This document shows, piece by piece, positions 1 through 12,555 of a DNA stretch of 64,000 nt; within the stretch, counting starts at the first letter, position 1; the number at the start of each line of letters is the position of its first letter. Origin of the DNA: Rhynchobatus australiae (Eukaryota); the NCBI GenBank assembly GCA_034780895.1, contig JAUZTB010000011.1, positions 38,221,230 through 38,285,229 on the forward strand, read 5' to 3'. Below the pieces are notes generated by a model that was not told the origin of the DNA, did not search any database, and saw only the letters and a list, made by a program, of their open reading frames with translations. Position numbers and translations under genes: made by a program.

Positions 1-1769
1 GGTCCTTTCCTACTTACACCACAGCACCACTGATGCCTTCCATCACTCTGACAGCAGCTGAACATGTTAATGTGACGTTTGAAGGGCCAATAGTTTGTGA
101 CGGCAGCCTTTACTCAGGTCGTACGCAGTTTTATGACAATGAATGTTGAGAAGGTATTACCAAATACACAGTTAACAAAAACTAAGTGAACTATTAACCC
201 TAGAGATTTACACAAAACAGATCAAGTCTATAAGAATCATGCATTTTCAAACAGACAAACCAAGTTTTTTTCTTCATCTTTGTAAGACCTTGTCAAATGG
301 CAGCAGAAGTAAAGTCTTCAAATATTCAGGTTAGGGGTAAATAGAATATGTACAAGCAAAGAGTAAGGTTAATGCAAACAAATGAGAATATGGAGTTTAT
401 AAGAGACATTATCTTATTAAATAGTTAACTCCAAGCCAAAGCTCTTTGAGCTACAAACATTCACTACAGAATGTGTTTACCCCAAAAATCACTCTGGTTA
501 GTGGTACTCCTAATGGTTACTATGGTGTTCTCAGATTTTTATTTTAGTATTGAAGAAGCTTGGTGAGTTACAGCACTGCTTTTTGTAGATACTATATATT
601 GGTGATAGAGGAGATGAATGTTCAGGATGAGGATTGGGTGCCAATCAACTAGATGTTTAAACTGTTGCTTGTTCATTTTCTGAGAATTGGAGCTGAATTC
701 ATCCACGTACACAGAGAATGTTCTGACATATCATCTTTAAAGAAAAGCTTTTGTAACTTGGAAGGTGAGAAACTCGCTGTAGGTACAGAGCTACAGGCAT
801 GCTTCTGTAGTCACAGCATTTACATAGCTGGTCAACTTAAGTTTCTGGTCAGTGGTGCCCCCTTGGTGGGGATTTGATGATAAAACTATTGAATGTTGAG
901 GGAAGGTAGTTAGACGTTTTTTTATTAGAAATGCTCATTGTGTTAAAATAATGCAATTTAACACTTACCANNNNNNNNNNNNNNNNNNNNNNNNNNNNNN
1001 NNNNNNNNNNNNNNNNNNNNNNNNNNNNNNNNNNNNNNNNNNNNNNNNNNNNNNNNNNNNNNNNNNNNNNCATTGTGTTAAAATTATGCAATTTAACACT
1101 TACCAACCCAGACTTGAATGTTGTCTAGGTCTTGTTCTATGTGGGCCTGGCTACTTTATTATCAAAGAGATGTGAATGGAATTGAATATTTTGTGTTTAT
1201 CATGATATTGAGTCATCTGCTGATGATTTCTAAATTAAATTTTGAAATTTCCTTTTTGCTCTTGTAAAGCACAGAGGGTGAATAAACTGCATTTGAGTCT
1301 GTGTCAGTGCCATCATGCACCTGGCAGATGCTGTCAAAGACCATAGTTGCACAACTCCTAATTTTTGATTTATTTTTAGCTTTAGCATGGCTTTCTTAAA
1401 TCTACTTTTCTACATGCAAATACAGCAATTAAAAAAATTAATTTACCTTTTTCTTTAGGGGGAGAGTCTGTTCACTAATTTTTTTTTGGTATTATGGAGC
1501 TGCTTTATGCATTAATATAACTGTAAAATGTTGAATGCCTTAAATTTTCATCCAAACTGCAGTGATTCAGAAAGAAATTGAAATTGAGCTTTGTTTAATT
1601 ATGTTGCAGTTTCCTGCAACTTCAAGTCTTCTGATTTTGAAGAAAGTGAACAATATTCAAGCAGGTTAATTCCAGATTCTCCAAGTTTATTTGACAGCAA
1701 AATTAGCAAAAATTATGAAATGGCCGAACAACACTGTAGTCATTTGAATGAGACAACTGGCATCTGCAA

Positions 1770-1960
1770 AACTAATGCAGAAGCAAAGTACTGCAGATAC
1801 TGGAAATCTAAAATAAAAATAGAAAATACTGTGGATACTCAGCAGATCAGCAGCATCTCTGGAGTTTTAAAAGTTGTGTTATTTCTAACATTATCAAATT
1901 GTTCTGAAAAATGATGGACTGGAAACATTAACCCTGTATCTCTCCACAGACCTGTTGACC
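1770..1960. mobile_element. Penelope-derived short element with two terminal repeats in inverted orientation
   Basis: The left arm (gcagatactggaaatct...cagcatctctggag) is the reverse complement of the family motif in the right arm (gaaacattaacc...ctccacaga). Confidence 0.55.
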
Positions 1961-2788
1961 AGTACTACAGCATGGAGATAAGCTTTGAGAGAGAATTGGG
2001 GATGGGAGAAAAGCTGAAGCTTTTAAAGCTTAGGCGCCACTTCCCATTCAACTAGATTTAGCTGATTGACTTTCCCTTTCATGCAAATAGCAAGGCATTG
2101 GGAAGAAGTGTGGTGAAATTGGATAGTACCATCCTCCTAGCAGCAACTGGAAACAGTAAACTATTGTATTGTGTCCCTGGGCTCCACTTAAATGAAACCA
2201 TATAAAATTGACCACAGACACTTGCTGACAAAGCACATTTAAATGTCTGGATGGTAATCCTTGGGTAGCTCCTCTAAATGTGTTTTTACTGTCGTCTTCT
2301 CCAGCCCCACTGCTAGGCCCACTTGTGGGTTATCTGAGTGCCAGATGCATTCAGGCCATCTTGGTGAAGTGGTCATGTAAAAGATGTTAGGTATGCTCTC
2401 TCAAGCCTAGCATCCATTTCAGTTGTGAGCCCAGACCACCGATAAGAAGGGTGGCACATTTCTGATGCAGTTTTTTTTGTGTGGTGCATCTCGTTTTAAA
2501 TGATTCATGAAACAGACATAGCAATTTATAAACAAAGATGTACAAAGCTTGTGCAATTAACATAGTTGGGCTCTGGCGCATAGTTCAAAATTATATTTGT
2601 CTTAATACCTCTTTCCCACTGTCTTTAAAACTAATAAGAGCATTACCTAGAGAATGCTGAGAAATGTAAACGCGCCAGTCTGATACCAATATTTGGGTTA
2701 TTCAATTACTTAATTTGATTTAATGTGCTTACATATTTAGGAAATGTGAAGATAAATATTAAATATCAATTTTAATCATCTGTTTCAG

Positions 2789-2872
2789 AACAAAAAAAAC
2801 AAGAATAACAGAAAAGAAGCCAAGAAGGCTATCAATAAACTTCAGCTTCATACCGTCAGACATGGAGATAGG
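2789..2872 (+). CDS. RNF149: RNF149 internal exon preceding the RING domain (NKKNKNNRKEAKKAINKLQLHTVRHGDR)
   Basis: tttcag acceptor and AGG|gtaagc donor. The peptide resembles human RNF149 SHRKETKKVIGQLLLHTVKHGEK as recalled. An alternative in-frame AAG acceptor would start the exon at 2804 (69 nt). Confidence 0.85.
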
Positions 2873-4220
2873 GTAAGCCATTTTGCGGAGTTTAAGTTTG
2901 ACTTGGGCCTTGCTGTGGTGTAGTGTTCTGTGTTTTTAAAAAAGAATTCTCTTTATTCATCTCAGTATCTTAATCTGATTATGTTGAAACACTGAGATGC
3001 TCAATTTTTAAACATTCTGTTTCCTATGCTATATTTTAACACTACATATCATGCAGAGATTGTGAAATTGGAGGTTATGTCTTAATGATATAGTCTAACA
3101 TCTTATTGAGAAGAGTAGTGTGTCTTATTGCAATGCATTGTCTTGAACCCAGAACATTCTTATTCATTATGACATTTCTGTAGTTTCTGATTACCTAACT
3201 CCCAACCTGTCTGAAATCACTGATGTCCTTCTCCTCTGTAAAAACTGTTATTTTCTCTTACTTAGTAGTTTCTCATAGTACACATCTTGCCTTCAGTTAT
3301 TTCAAGATTATCTAGGGAAGCAAAGATGGCTTTTCTTCATAATGTACCATATTAAGCCACCCTCCAACAATTGGTACCAGAAACTTTATTATTTTACTAA
3401 AACCAAAACTACCCATCAGCTGTACCTACCATTTCCACTCCTTTTTTTTGATACTGAGCCAAATATTCCCAAATATTCATTGTTACCTTAATTCATATTC
3501 AACCCTATTTCTTGCTCTCCAATTCATCATCATGTTCATAACATCCAACACCTGTTTACTTGAGTATATTATAAACAGCTTGTTAACACAACTTTCCTTT
3601 TTAGTCTAATGTAGGTTGGTATTTTAAATGGTATTATTCTTCCCACCATGATCCTTTCAGATGTGGTGTTACCATCCCTTTGTAAATGAAACCAAACACC
3701 CTTTAAACTTATGATTGTTGCTCTTTCTCTGTGCTGTCTTTCTTCCCTTGAACACATTGATGCCTCCCAAAGCGTGTCTTTTCCTCAAACTTGTGCTTAA
3801 ATCCCTCTAATCTAGTTTCCACCCAAGTGCCCTTTTTCAAAAAAAAATCACAAATTACATTCTTTGAAACTGGCTGTGATAAACTATCCCACAATACTTC
3901 NNNNNNNNNNNNNNNNNNNNNNNNNNNNNNNNNNNNNNNNNNNNNNNNNNNNNNNNNNNNNNNNNNNNNNNNNNNNNNNNNNNNNNNNNNNNNNNNNNNN
4001 NNNNNNNNNNNNNNNNNNNNNNNNNNNNNNNNNNNNNNNNNNNNNNNNNNNNNNNNNNNNNNNNNNNNNNNNNNNNNNNNNNNNNNNNNNNNNNNNNNNN
4101 NNNNNNNNNNNNNNNNNNNNNNNNNNNNNNNNNNAGACCCAAGATCAGGTTCCACATATACACTCATGGCACTCGGCTCTATTTTTACAACTATCATCCT
4201 TGACAACACTACTCCACAAA

Positions 4221-4335
4221 TCGACCTGAAACATTAGCTGTTTTACTTTGCACAGATGTGGGCCTGACCTCCTGAGTAATTCCAGGATATTCTGTTTTTA
4301 TTTTAGATTTCCAGTATCTGCCATTATTTTGATTT
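4221..4335 (+). mobile_element. Penelope-derived terminal repeat fragment
   Basis: tcgacctgaaacatta...cacagatg...cctgacctcctgagtaattccagg...tttccagtatctgc. Confidence 0.6.
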
Positions 4336-5261
4336 TCATCAACTCCATTATTGATTGAAAAGAAATTTCTTGGAAGCCATTATCTCTGTTCTAGGCTCTC
4401 CAGTGACAATACCATCCCGTTTAATTGTCTGAACTTAATTGCATTTGAATTTCATTCATTGTTTGCATTGTTCATAGCACTGCCTCCCCCGCTCCTGTTT
4501 CAGGTCACCTGCTCCTGAAAACCTCTTCCATACTTTCACTACTCCTAGAATTGATTGTTCTATTGACCCTCTTTCTTTTATCCTTTGTAAATATGCCCTT
4601 CTAAAATTGTAGCCTTTTTAGCTTGTTCCAGTCTTAATTGCCCCTCAGACTTATGTACTTTGACCTACAGTTGTTCTCACTCCAGCAATGGCCTTGGGTT
4701 TTAAAATCTTTATTCTTCTTTCCCACTAACATTTTGATCTGCACGTCCAAGATTATTTGCATGTTTTACATCTCTGCTCTCCTTCATTTCTGATCTCTTG
4801 CATATGACAAATTTTAATCACTCTGCCATTGGGAGCTTTGCTTTAAATTGCCTTTCCCCTAAAAATCTCAAACTCTCAATCTTGATTTCTAAAAATGCTC
4901 CTTAATACCTTCCTCTTTATTCAAGCCTTTGATCATTTGATCTGATATCTTCTACTGTGACTAAAAGTTAGATCTTTATTTGACAATACTCCTCTTGGGT
5001 GCCTTTTGGATGTTTTATTACTTAGGAGATACCATATACTGTTCAATCGCAATCTAGTGCAAACACTCAGCCAAATCTGATATATAAACTGAATAATCGT
5101 TGTCCACAAAAGTGTACCAGGAAATCATAATTGTATTTTGAGTTCATAATTTGTAAATTATCATTTTTTTTGTATTTATCAAAGCTTTCTTTAATATTTC
5201 ATTGGTAATTGTAGCTCATCTCCATGTCAAAATTACTAATTTATACTTTGACCCTTGTTAG

Positions 5262-5344
5262 GAAATCGATTTGGATATTGAAGGCTGTGCTGTGTGCATT
5301 GAAATGTACAGGTCCAGAGATATTGTACGAATTCTCCCATGCAA
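5262..5344 (+). CDS. RNF149: RNF149 exon, first half of the RING-H2 finger ([28 protein letters not shown])
   Basis: ccttgttag acceptor, AA|gtatga donor, 83 nt. CAVCIE...RILPC motif of PA-TM-RING (Goliath/GRAIL family) ligases. Confidence 0.93.
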
Positions 5345-5599
5345 GTATGAATCTTTTATGTTATACATCGTGAATATTTTAACCTGAAAGGACATGCAAA
5401 GGAATATCATTTTCAATAATAAAGATAACATTTATTTAAGCACTTTAAAGAAAGATACAAGAATTTTGGAGTATTTTCTTGGCCGTCTTTAAATATGCTA
5501 CAAAATAAATATGCTTTTGAAGTGAGGAAATGGACTATTGTTGAACTGTACTGATCACCTTGATATTAAAGTGATATATTCCTCTTGTGACAATTAGGA

Positions 5600-6010
5600 G
5601 AAGATAAGCATGCCTCCACACCAAGGATTGGAAATCTGTGCATTAGTCACACAAGCCATTTTCTACTGGCAGTTATGGAATAGGTCAGGCTTTAGAAATT
5701 GTTTCATAGTCGAACTAAGCCTTGTTTCCCATCGAAAAGGCCCAAGTGTTGGCATACTCTCCGTTTGCTTGGATGAGTGCACCTCAAATAACATTCAAAA
5801 AGCTTGAAACCATACAGGATGAAGTAGCCTGCTCGACTGGGACTTCGTCCACTACTATCCGAAAGGTTTACTTCTTCCAACATTGGTACATTGTAGCCAC
5901 AATGTGTACCATCTGTAAAGTGCATCATAGTTAGTTCATCAGCACCACCCACAATTGTGACCTGTACCGCTAAGGTTGAGGTCAGCAGGTGCAAGGGAAC
6001 ACTGCCTTCT
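5600..6010 (+). mobile_element. Decayed CR1-group/jockey-like LINE 3' fragment
   Basis: ORF KAQVLAYSPFAWMSAPQITFKKLETIQDEVA matches the post-RT motif YKAQVR..MEYSP.AW....L.KLD.IQ.KA. Confidence 0.65.
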
Positions 6011-6702
6011 AATTTTCCTCCATTTTGCATGCCATTCTGACTTGAAAATAATGGAACACAGTGATAAACTGTTGTCATTTAGTGTTTTGGAGGAAGTCTG
6101 ACTATTCTGCATATTGTGGTTACAAGGTTTATAATGGTATAATTACCTGTGATAATTTTGTGAAAAGCCATCTATAAAGTTTTTGAGCTTTTCATAACAA
6201 CTTGCAGAGTGGGTGAGGAATGGAAAAGATCAGCAAGATTAGTGCTCTACCTGGGAAAAGGAATTCCAGTGTTGCTTATTTCTCTTGCCTATTGCNNNNN
6301 NNNNNNNNNNNNNNNNNNNNNNNNNNNNNNNNNNNNNNNNNNNNNNNNNNNNNNNNNNNNNNNNNNNNNNNNNNNNNNNNNNNNNNNNNNNNNNNNNNNN
6401 NNNNNNNNNNNNNNNNNNNNNNNNNNNNNNNNNNNNNNNNNNNNNNNNNNNNNNNNNNNNNNNNNNNNNNNNNNNNNNNNNNNNNNNNNNNNNNNNNNNN
6501 NNNNNNNNNNNNNNNNNNNNNNNNNNNNNNNNNNNNNNNNNNNNNNNNNNNNNNNNNNNNNNNNNNNNNNNNNNNNNNNNNNNNNNNNNNNNNNNNNNNN
6601 NNNNNNNNNNNNNNNNNNNNNNNNNNNNNNNNNNNNNNNNNNNNNNNNNNNNNNNNNNNNNNNNNNNNNNNNNNNNNNNNNNNNNNNNNNNNNNNNNNNN
6701 NN

Positions 6703-6716
6703 CACTTGGCTTTATG
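6703..6716 (+). CDS. RNF149: RNF149 exon 3' end only (..ALGFM); the second half of the RING lies in N gap 6296-6702
   Basis: CA CTT GGC TTT ATG|gtaagt directly after the gap, matching the conserved ...KALGYW exon end. Phase 0 fits the next exon. Confidence 0.75.
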
Positions 6717-6829
6717 GTAAGTGTTGGAAAAGTAATTGGATAGAGTAATTAGTTATTAATTTAGTGCAAAATTAAGAGAACATGACATTATACTTATTTT
6801 GTTTCATTACTCATATTAATTATCAACTT

Positions 6830-7075
6830 TAGGGTCCTATCTCTAGGTCAGAAAGCACAGATTTAAACCTCGCTGCAGAGAGTTTAGTGCATAAATCTCG
6901 GCTGACATTTAAGCACTCCACTAAGGAGGTGCTGCACTGCAAAACAAAAAGCTTCCTCTTTTAAAAGAGCAGGTAAATATGGTACCAGGTCAACACCTCA
7001 AGTAGCTGAAAAAGATTCCTCAGCACAGAGCTGGGTGCTGCAATCTTGACATGCTCTGAATTTTCTTCTTTTTAA
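6830..7075 (+). mobile_element. Deu-domain SINE remnant
   Basis: gctgacatttaagcactccactaaggaggtgctgcactg...aaagagcagg. Confidence 0.45.
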
Positions 7076-7231
7076 TGCCTCTGCCTCTTCATATTCCTCT
7101 ATTTGATCTTCATTAAAACCCACCTCTTGGATCAACATTTTGATCATCTCTTTTATTCAGAGATGTGATTTAGAAGAAACTTTTTTTAACAATCTTTTGT
7201 TGCTGACATAAATTGTTTACATCTGTGCTAG

Positions 7232-7424
7232 ATGGATGCATGTGAAAATGTTGAAGTAGTTATACCAGAGTCAGAACCCGACAACATCCCAGTTGGCAAT
7301 CCAAATGTTCCTTTACAAGAAGGAGCAGGAGCTGAAACAAGCATGTTCCCCGGCTCTCCAACCTTTGAATCTTTACAGCATGATGATAGACTAATGGAAG
7401 AGGATGAAGCTGTAGCCTTAATTG
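7232..7424 (+). CDS. RNF149: RNF149 exon, acidic/proline-rich C-terminal region (MDACENVEVVIPESEPDNIP...EAVALI)
   Basis: gtgctag acceptor, G|gtatgt donor, 193 nt open frame. PES and ..ALI resemble human PESPP...NTALL as recalled. Confidence 0.85.
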
Positions 7425-8601
7425 GTATGTATATTTGTTCAAAAACTTGAGTGTAATAAAATTATTCTTCAAGCAGACTATCACATATTACATAAAACTA
7501 AAAGCAAATGGAGCTGCAGAGGAAGTAGAGTTGGACCTGGATGATGGGCTTGATAGTTGCTTGGTGGTAACTAAGACTTGCAATGGATGTAGTAGCATTG
7601 TGGCACTGCTGAGAGCCATTTGAGAATCACAGGGTCATTTTCCTCTTGCTCATCTTCTGCATTCATTTGCAGTGTGATGAAAATGGGCACTAGGAACTTG
7701 TCTGCAATGCATAGACATTTTATGTAATCTAGATAACAATCTTAATACATGATTCACAGATCCGCTTTAAAAACTTGGCAGCATGGACTATGAAATACTT
7801 TGTGTGTCATTCATCCTTGTCCTACATATCATTTAGGTGTTAGAGTTGGCACAAGCAGTAATTTTCTGGTTGTATAAACTTGCAAAGTAGCTGGTGACTT
7901 TATTTTTACAGTGTAAAATTGTCACTACAAGGAAATGGGAAAATTTTATGGTGAGGGGATGAATATGTCAATTGGTTAATATTGTATTCAAAGGGACAAG
8001 ATGGGTAATTTCAAAAACTATGCCTCTTGATGAACAACTTTTAATGAAATTTTTTCAGCTACTTGATTAAATATGATGTGAAAGTCCACCAAATGTGGAA
8101 ATGTAGATGAAATTAGGTTTAAAGATAGAAAACTGGGCAGAGCTTATATTTTGGATGCATTTCAGTCTGCAGGAAGGTAGTAGTAATGTCAGGTACACCT
8201 TTTGACCCCTATTGTGCCCTACAAACTACCCACCATGCATGCATAAATACATGGAAGTAGTTTACTAAAGTTAATGATTTTTTTTTAAACCTTAACATGG
8301 TGTAGATTAAGGAGATGAATATCTGTTCAAATATAATGTGAAAAAATGGAAGCATTGTTCAAAATTGTTCGTAATTTTGATTGGGTCAATTCCCAATAGG
8401 TACTCCTACAGGTTGAAGTGATACAAATGGAAGAAGGAGTACTTGAAAATAAACATTTGAAAGTTGACGGGAAACCTGCAAGTGGCACTTCCCAAAAGCT
8501 AAAATGGATTTGCTTCTATTACTCTTTCCAGTAATTGCCTAACCACCTTTTTTTTAAAGAAACAATTCTTTTGGAGATGATCTGCCATTTGTGTCCTCTA
8601 G

Positions 8602-8660
8602 AAACTGACACTTCAACGTATAGAAGTACCTATCTGGAATTGGATAGTTCTAGAACCTGA
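8602..8660 (+). CDS. RNF149: Probable terminal coding exon of RNF149 (ETDTSTYRSTYLELDSSRT*)
   Basis: tgtgtcctctag acceptor. A phase-1 join gives 19 codons plus TGA, similar in size to the short human last coding exon. Low sequence conservation. Confidence 0.5.
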
Positions 8661-8674
8661 TACAATGAGCAAGA

Positions 8675-9000
8675 CAAAATCCAACCACCATCTACAAGTC
8701 TAAAGCCAAGAATTCTCCCAGTTTACCTGGATGAGTGTAAATCCAACCATGTTCAAGAAGCTTTGCACCATCCTGGACAAAGCAGCCTGCTTGAGTGCAC
8801 TTGTCTGCAGTTTGTACCATCCTGCAAAATACACTATAGTTAATTGCCAAGCTACTTTGATAGCACTTCCTAAACCCCTGACCTCTGTTATCAAGAAAGA
8901 CCAAGGCAGTCAGCACTTGGGAATATGACCATGTGCAGGCTCCACACAATCTGCTTACCATCCTGACCTGGGAATATGTCACCATTTCTTTGTCAATGGG
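8675..9000 (+). mobile_element. Same jockey-like LINE family fragment, just after the putative RNF149 stop
   Basis: accatctacaag...cctggatgagtg...aagaagctttgcaccatcctggacaaagcagcctgcttga...accatcctgacctgggaata. Confidence 0.65.
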
Positions 9001-10884
9001 TAGCTTGGTGGCTCAGCAGTTAGTGTTGCAAGAAAAAATATCTGTACATTCAATGTCTGACTAATGCAGGAACATGAGTGCCACTTCAAATATTGTGGTT
9101 GCCTGGTAGTAAAATGATATTCACTTTTGAATAATGTGTAAACAGCAAAATCATAGAAACTAAATGTAAATATAAAACATGCTAAATTATCTGTGTTCAA
9201 CGTGCTGTACTGAGAAAGATTAACCTTGCAACTCTCCCTCCAGCTTCCAATTTTCCATTCTAGCTGCCATTGAAAATCTGTTATTTAGCCACAGCAAAGG
9301 GACAATTTCATGTGATGCTTGGAATGTAAAATTGTAAAGGTTTAGTGCCTCTTCCTACACTTTTTCTAGCGGTTCCATTGGGGGCTGGAGGTGGTAATAT
9401 TAGTGCACTGTAAAATGGGTGATTGTGAATTGGCAACATGAGAGGCCATTGTGGGTTCTTGCTGCAGCAAAATCATGTATATATTTACTGGTACATGTAA
9501 TATGCACAGAAAATCCCCCCACCCCGGCAATGTTGTTTCAAAGCCATAATAGATTTGCTTGCTGAATATGTGAATTCTAATATGGTAATCTTTAAATAAG
9601 GTTTTGCTTAAAACTTTCACCTTTTTTTCCCCCCACTTGTGTTTGAAGATGTTTGGAAACAGTGAAAAATCTTTTGACAGAACAATCTACAACAAGGCCA
9701 TCAGGATGGCCTGTGGGCAGAACCTCTGTGCACTGCCCAAGGTCCAGTCACCACATGCAGATCACTTCACTGCACAGAACTACCATGGTAGCAATGACTC
9801 ATGATTGTTGGAAACTCCATGGCCACAGAAGCTCAGTAAACCCGCAGGACAATTATGGGCTTGGACAGTCACAGAAGGGGTCCTGTATAATCTGCCCTTT
9901 CCCTTTTTCCAAAAGAATTCAAATATTAGGAAGTATTGAANNNNNNNNNNNNNNNNNNNNNNNNNNNNNNNNNNNNNNNNNNNNNNNNNNNNNNNNNNNN
10001 NNNNNNNNNNNNNNNNNNNNNNNNNNNNNNNNNNNNNNNNCTTGTCCTATTGGATGTCCAGATTCCAGATGAATATTTCTGAAGAAAATAAATTGGAAAA
10101 TGGTGTTGACTTGAAGCATGAAAGGCCATCATGGGTTCTTGGAAGAGAAATAAAAATATTGTATACGGTTTGGTGTGTGCAACAAAATATTAGGTCATAT
10201 ATTTTAATTCATCGCTTTGCAGTTCTAACTGGTTAAAATAACCTTAGCTGTATAAAGAAACAATAAATAATTCTTATTAGAGGTGGTGAAATGTGTTGAT
10301 TTGGTAACATATGGGATACAGCAAAATTCCTGTTCTTCCACAATTTAGCAGAGAAGGTACTTGGGTAAGTGCCTTTGGCAATTTCATTGTTTGTGGTGCT
10401 GGAATTTAGAATTTAAAATCACTGGTTGTACATGTGTCCATTTTGTCTTCATTTTCTCTATTCAAGTTGGAAAAAGTAAATTTGTAAATATGCTTATTTG
10501 ATTAGCACATTTTCAATGAGTTTATATTGCCAATTTGTCAGGTATTGACACCTGGAGTTATTTTTAGGCGTTGTCAGATTGTGATGTCAATGATCTTAAC
10601 TGGACTAGTAATATATACATATTTCAGGGCATTAATGTACTTGTTTGTCCCACTACCTTTTCGTAGTATTTGATAGATTTCTCTAAGTGGCCATTCCATT
10701 TGAAGGATATTTTGTGCTAATATAATTGCAACAGTACCTACAAGTTCTCTATTAAAGTGCACTAAAAATATTAGCTAATTAAACNNNNNNNNNNNNNNNN
10801 NNNNNNNNNNNNNNNNNNNNNNNNNNNNNNNNNNNNNNNNNNNNNNNNNNNNNNNNNNNNNNNNNNNNNNNNNNNNNNNNNNNN

Positions 10885-10992
10885 GGCTGGTGTCCGTGAT
10901 GCTCTGGGCTGTGTCCACAACTCTCTGCAGTTTGTTGCGGTCCTAGGCAGAGCAGTTACTGTACCAAGCTGCGATGCATCCAGATAGGTGCT
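10885..10992 (-). mobile_element. Rex1/Babar-type LINE fragment
   Basis: - strand LSGCIAAWYSNCSA*DRNKLQRVVDTAQSITDTS. Confidence 0.75.
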
Positions 10993-11100
10993 CAATGTTT
11001 CGGGTCAGAACCCTTCTTCAGGTCCTGCTTGAAGGCTGCGGCTTTTCTCCACAGATGCTGCCTGGCCTGCTGAGTTCCTCCAGCATCATTGTATTTTTCA
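10993..11100. mobile_element. Penelope-derived terminal repeat with near-intact hammerhead core (- strand) joined to a + strand tail
   Basis: - strand ctgaaga-a-gggt-tctg-accc-gaaa-catt; + strand tccacagatgctgcctggcctgctgagttcctccagca. Confidence 0.65.
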
Positions 11101-11124
11101 CCGTGGAGTGACTGAACTTCGGGA

Positions 11125-11372
11125 TATCCTCATCCAGAGGGAATGGCGGAGGTAGGCTCCCTCATAGCATTTAACAAGTACGTGGATGAGTACCTAGAGA
11201 CACAGAGTCAGAGAGTTCTACAGGATGGAAATAGGCCCTTCAGCCCAACTCTAAATGCATAGAAGGGACAGGGCCAATTGCTGGAAAATGGGATCAATAT
11301 GGATAGGTACAGACTCAGTGGGCCCAAGGGCCTGTTCCTCTGCTGTTTGACTCCAAGTCTTCATGACTCTGG
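11125..11372. mobile_element. CR1 3' end with a nested opposite-strand CR1 tail
   Basis: atttaacaagtacgtggatgagtac...[gagtcagagag..ggaaataggcccttcagccc]...gtgggcccaagggcctgttcctctgctg. Confidence 0.6.
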
Positions 11373-11394
11373 AAGAAGGACTTCCGATACCTTG

Positions 11395-11520
11395 GAAGGT
11401 TACAGAGCAACAAACAATCTGCTGGAAGAACTCAGGTGGGGGAGGGGGCGGTGCTCGAGCAGCACCTGTGGGGAAGAAAGGAATTGTCAGCGTTTTGGGT
11501 CAAAACCCTGCATCAGGACT
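11395..11520 (-). mobile_element. Penelope-derived terminal repeat, degenerate hammerhead core
   Basis: - strand ctgatgc-a-gggt-tttg-accc-aaaa-cgctgac followed by cacaggtgctgc...ctgagttcttccagcagatt. Confidence 0.6.
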
Positions 11521-12231
11521 CAGGATACTATAGGCCTGCAGTGTGAGAGAGGAGCAAGATAGAGAGGATTTGAAACAAGTGATTTCTTCATCACTTTTCA
11601 TTCACAAAACAAATTCACCCATTTTGTTTCTCCTTTCCGTGTGTTTCTCTTTCAAGCACCTTGTGTTTCAATCAGTCTTCCCGCAGTTAAATAACATCAC
11701 CGACCGGTCACGGATTTGACTCGGGTTTAGCAGAGAAGTCCGAGCAGTAATATCGCAAGTTCCTCACATGTGGGCGAGTCTCATGGTTGGGGTTAGCTGC
11801 TCAAGGTCTGTGCACCCCAGAGAGTGGAATGGGGGAATGCAGAGGAATGGGTCTCCCCACCATCCTCTGTGGGGAATCCACTCACACAGCAGGTGGCTGG
11901 TGACCTGGAGATGCAGCTACTTCCCCCTTCACTTCAATGCGGAAGAACTTCCACCAGAAATTAAGGGGAACATTTGTTAATTTGTATTTTCTAAATTATT
12001 TGAATTTATTTAAACCTCTAAAATATTTTTGTAGCTTCATTTTAATCTTTAATGAAATCTGTTTTAATAGCTTGAATGGTTTTAAATAGCTTTTGAATAT
12101 CAGAAATATTTATGGCTTTTGATTATGTCGACAGTCAGCTTAACCTGGGGCTGGACTTAGCCACCTGTTAAAATTTGTTCCATTGTTTTTTGGGTGTAGT
12201 TTCTCCATTCCCTCCAACACAAACATTCATG

Positions 12232-12555
12232 AATGGCGGCACAGCGGAGCCACTGCCTAACAGTTCCAGAGACACAGGTTCAATCCTGACCTCTGGTGCT
12301 GTCAGTGTAGAGTTTGCAAGTTTCTCCCTGTGACCGTGTGAGCTTCCTCTGGGTGCTCTGGATTCCTCCTACATCCCAAAAATGTGCAAGTTGGTAGGTA
12401 ATTGACCACTGCGTTGTCAAGTGTTAGAATCTAAGGGGATAGTTGACAGCAGAATGAAATTGAATACAGTAATATAGGTGTAAGAATCGGCACTTGATGT
12501 TCAATGCAGACTAGATGGGCTGAATGGCCTGTTTCTTGGTGTATGACTCTGACTA
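12232..12555 (+). mobile_element. V-SINE (HE1-like) with CR1-type tail
   Basis: tRNA-like head (ggttcaatcc B box), V domain (agtttgca..ttctccctgtgaccgtgtg...), tail gatgggctgaatggcctgtttct...tatgactctgact. Confidence 0.8.

Noticed and set aside
936-1105. 35-bp direct repeat flanking a 100-N gap (similar cases at 44597/44712 and 32505/32565)
   Set aside because: Typical unmerged contig overlap or allelic ends; an assembly artefact.
1591-1914. 107-aa ORF / possible 55-nt exon at 1610-1664 in an RNF149 intron
   Set aside because: The ORF runs into a Penelope-derived repeat, the exon would shift the frame, and there is no recognisable homology.
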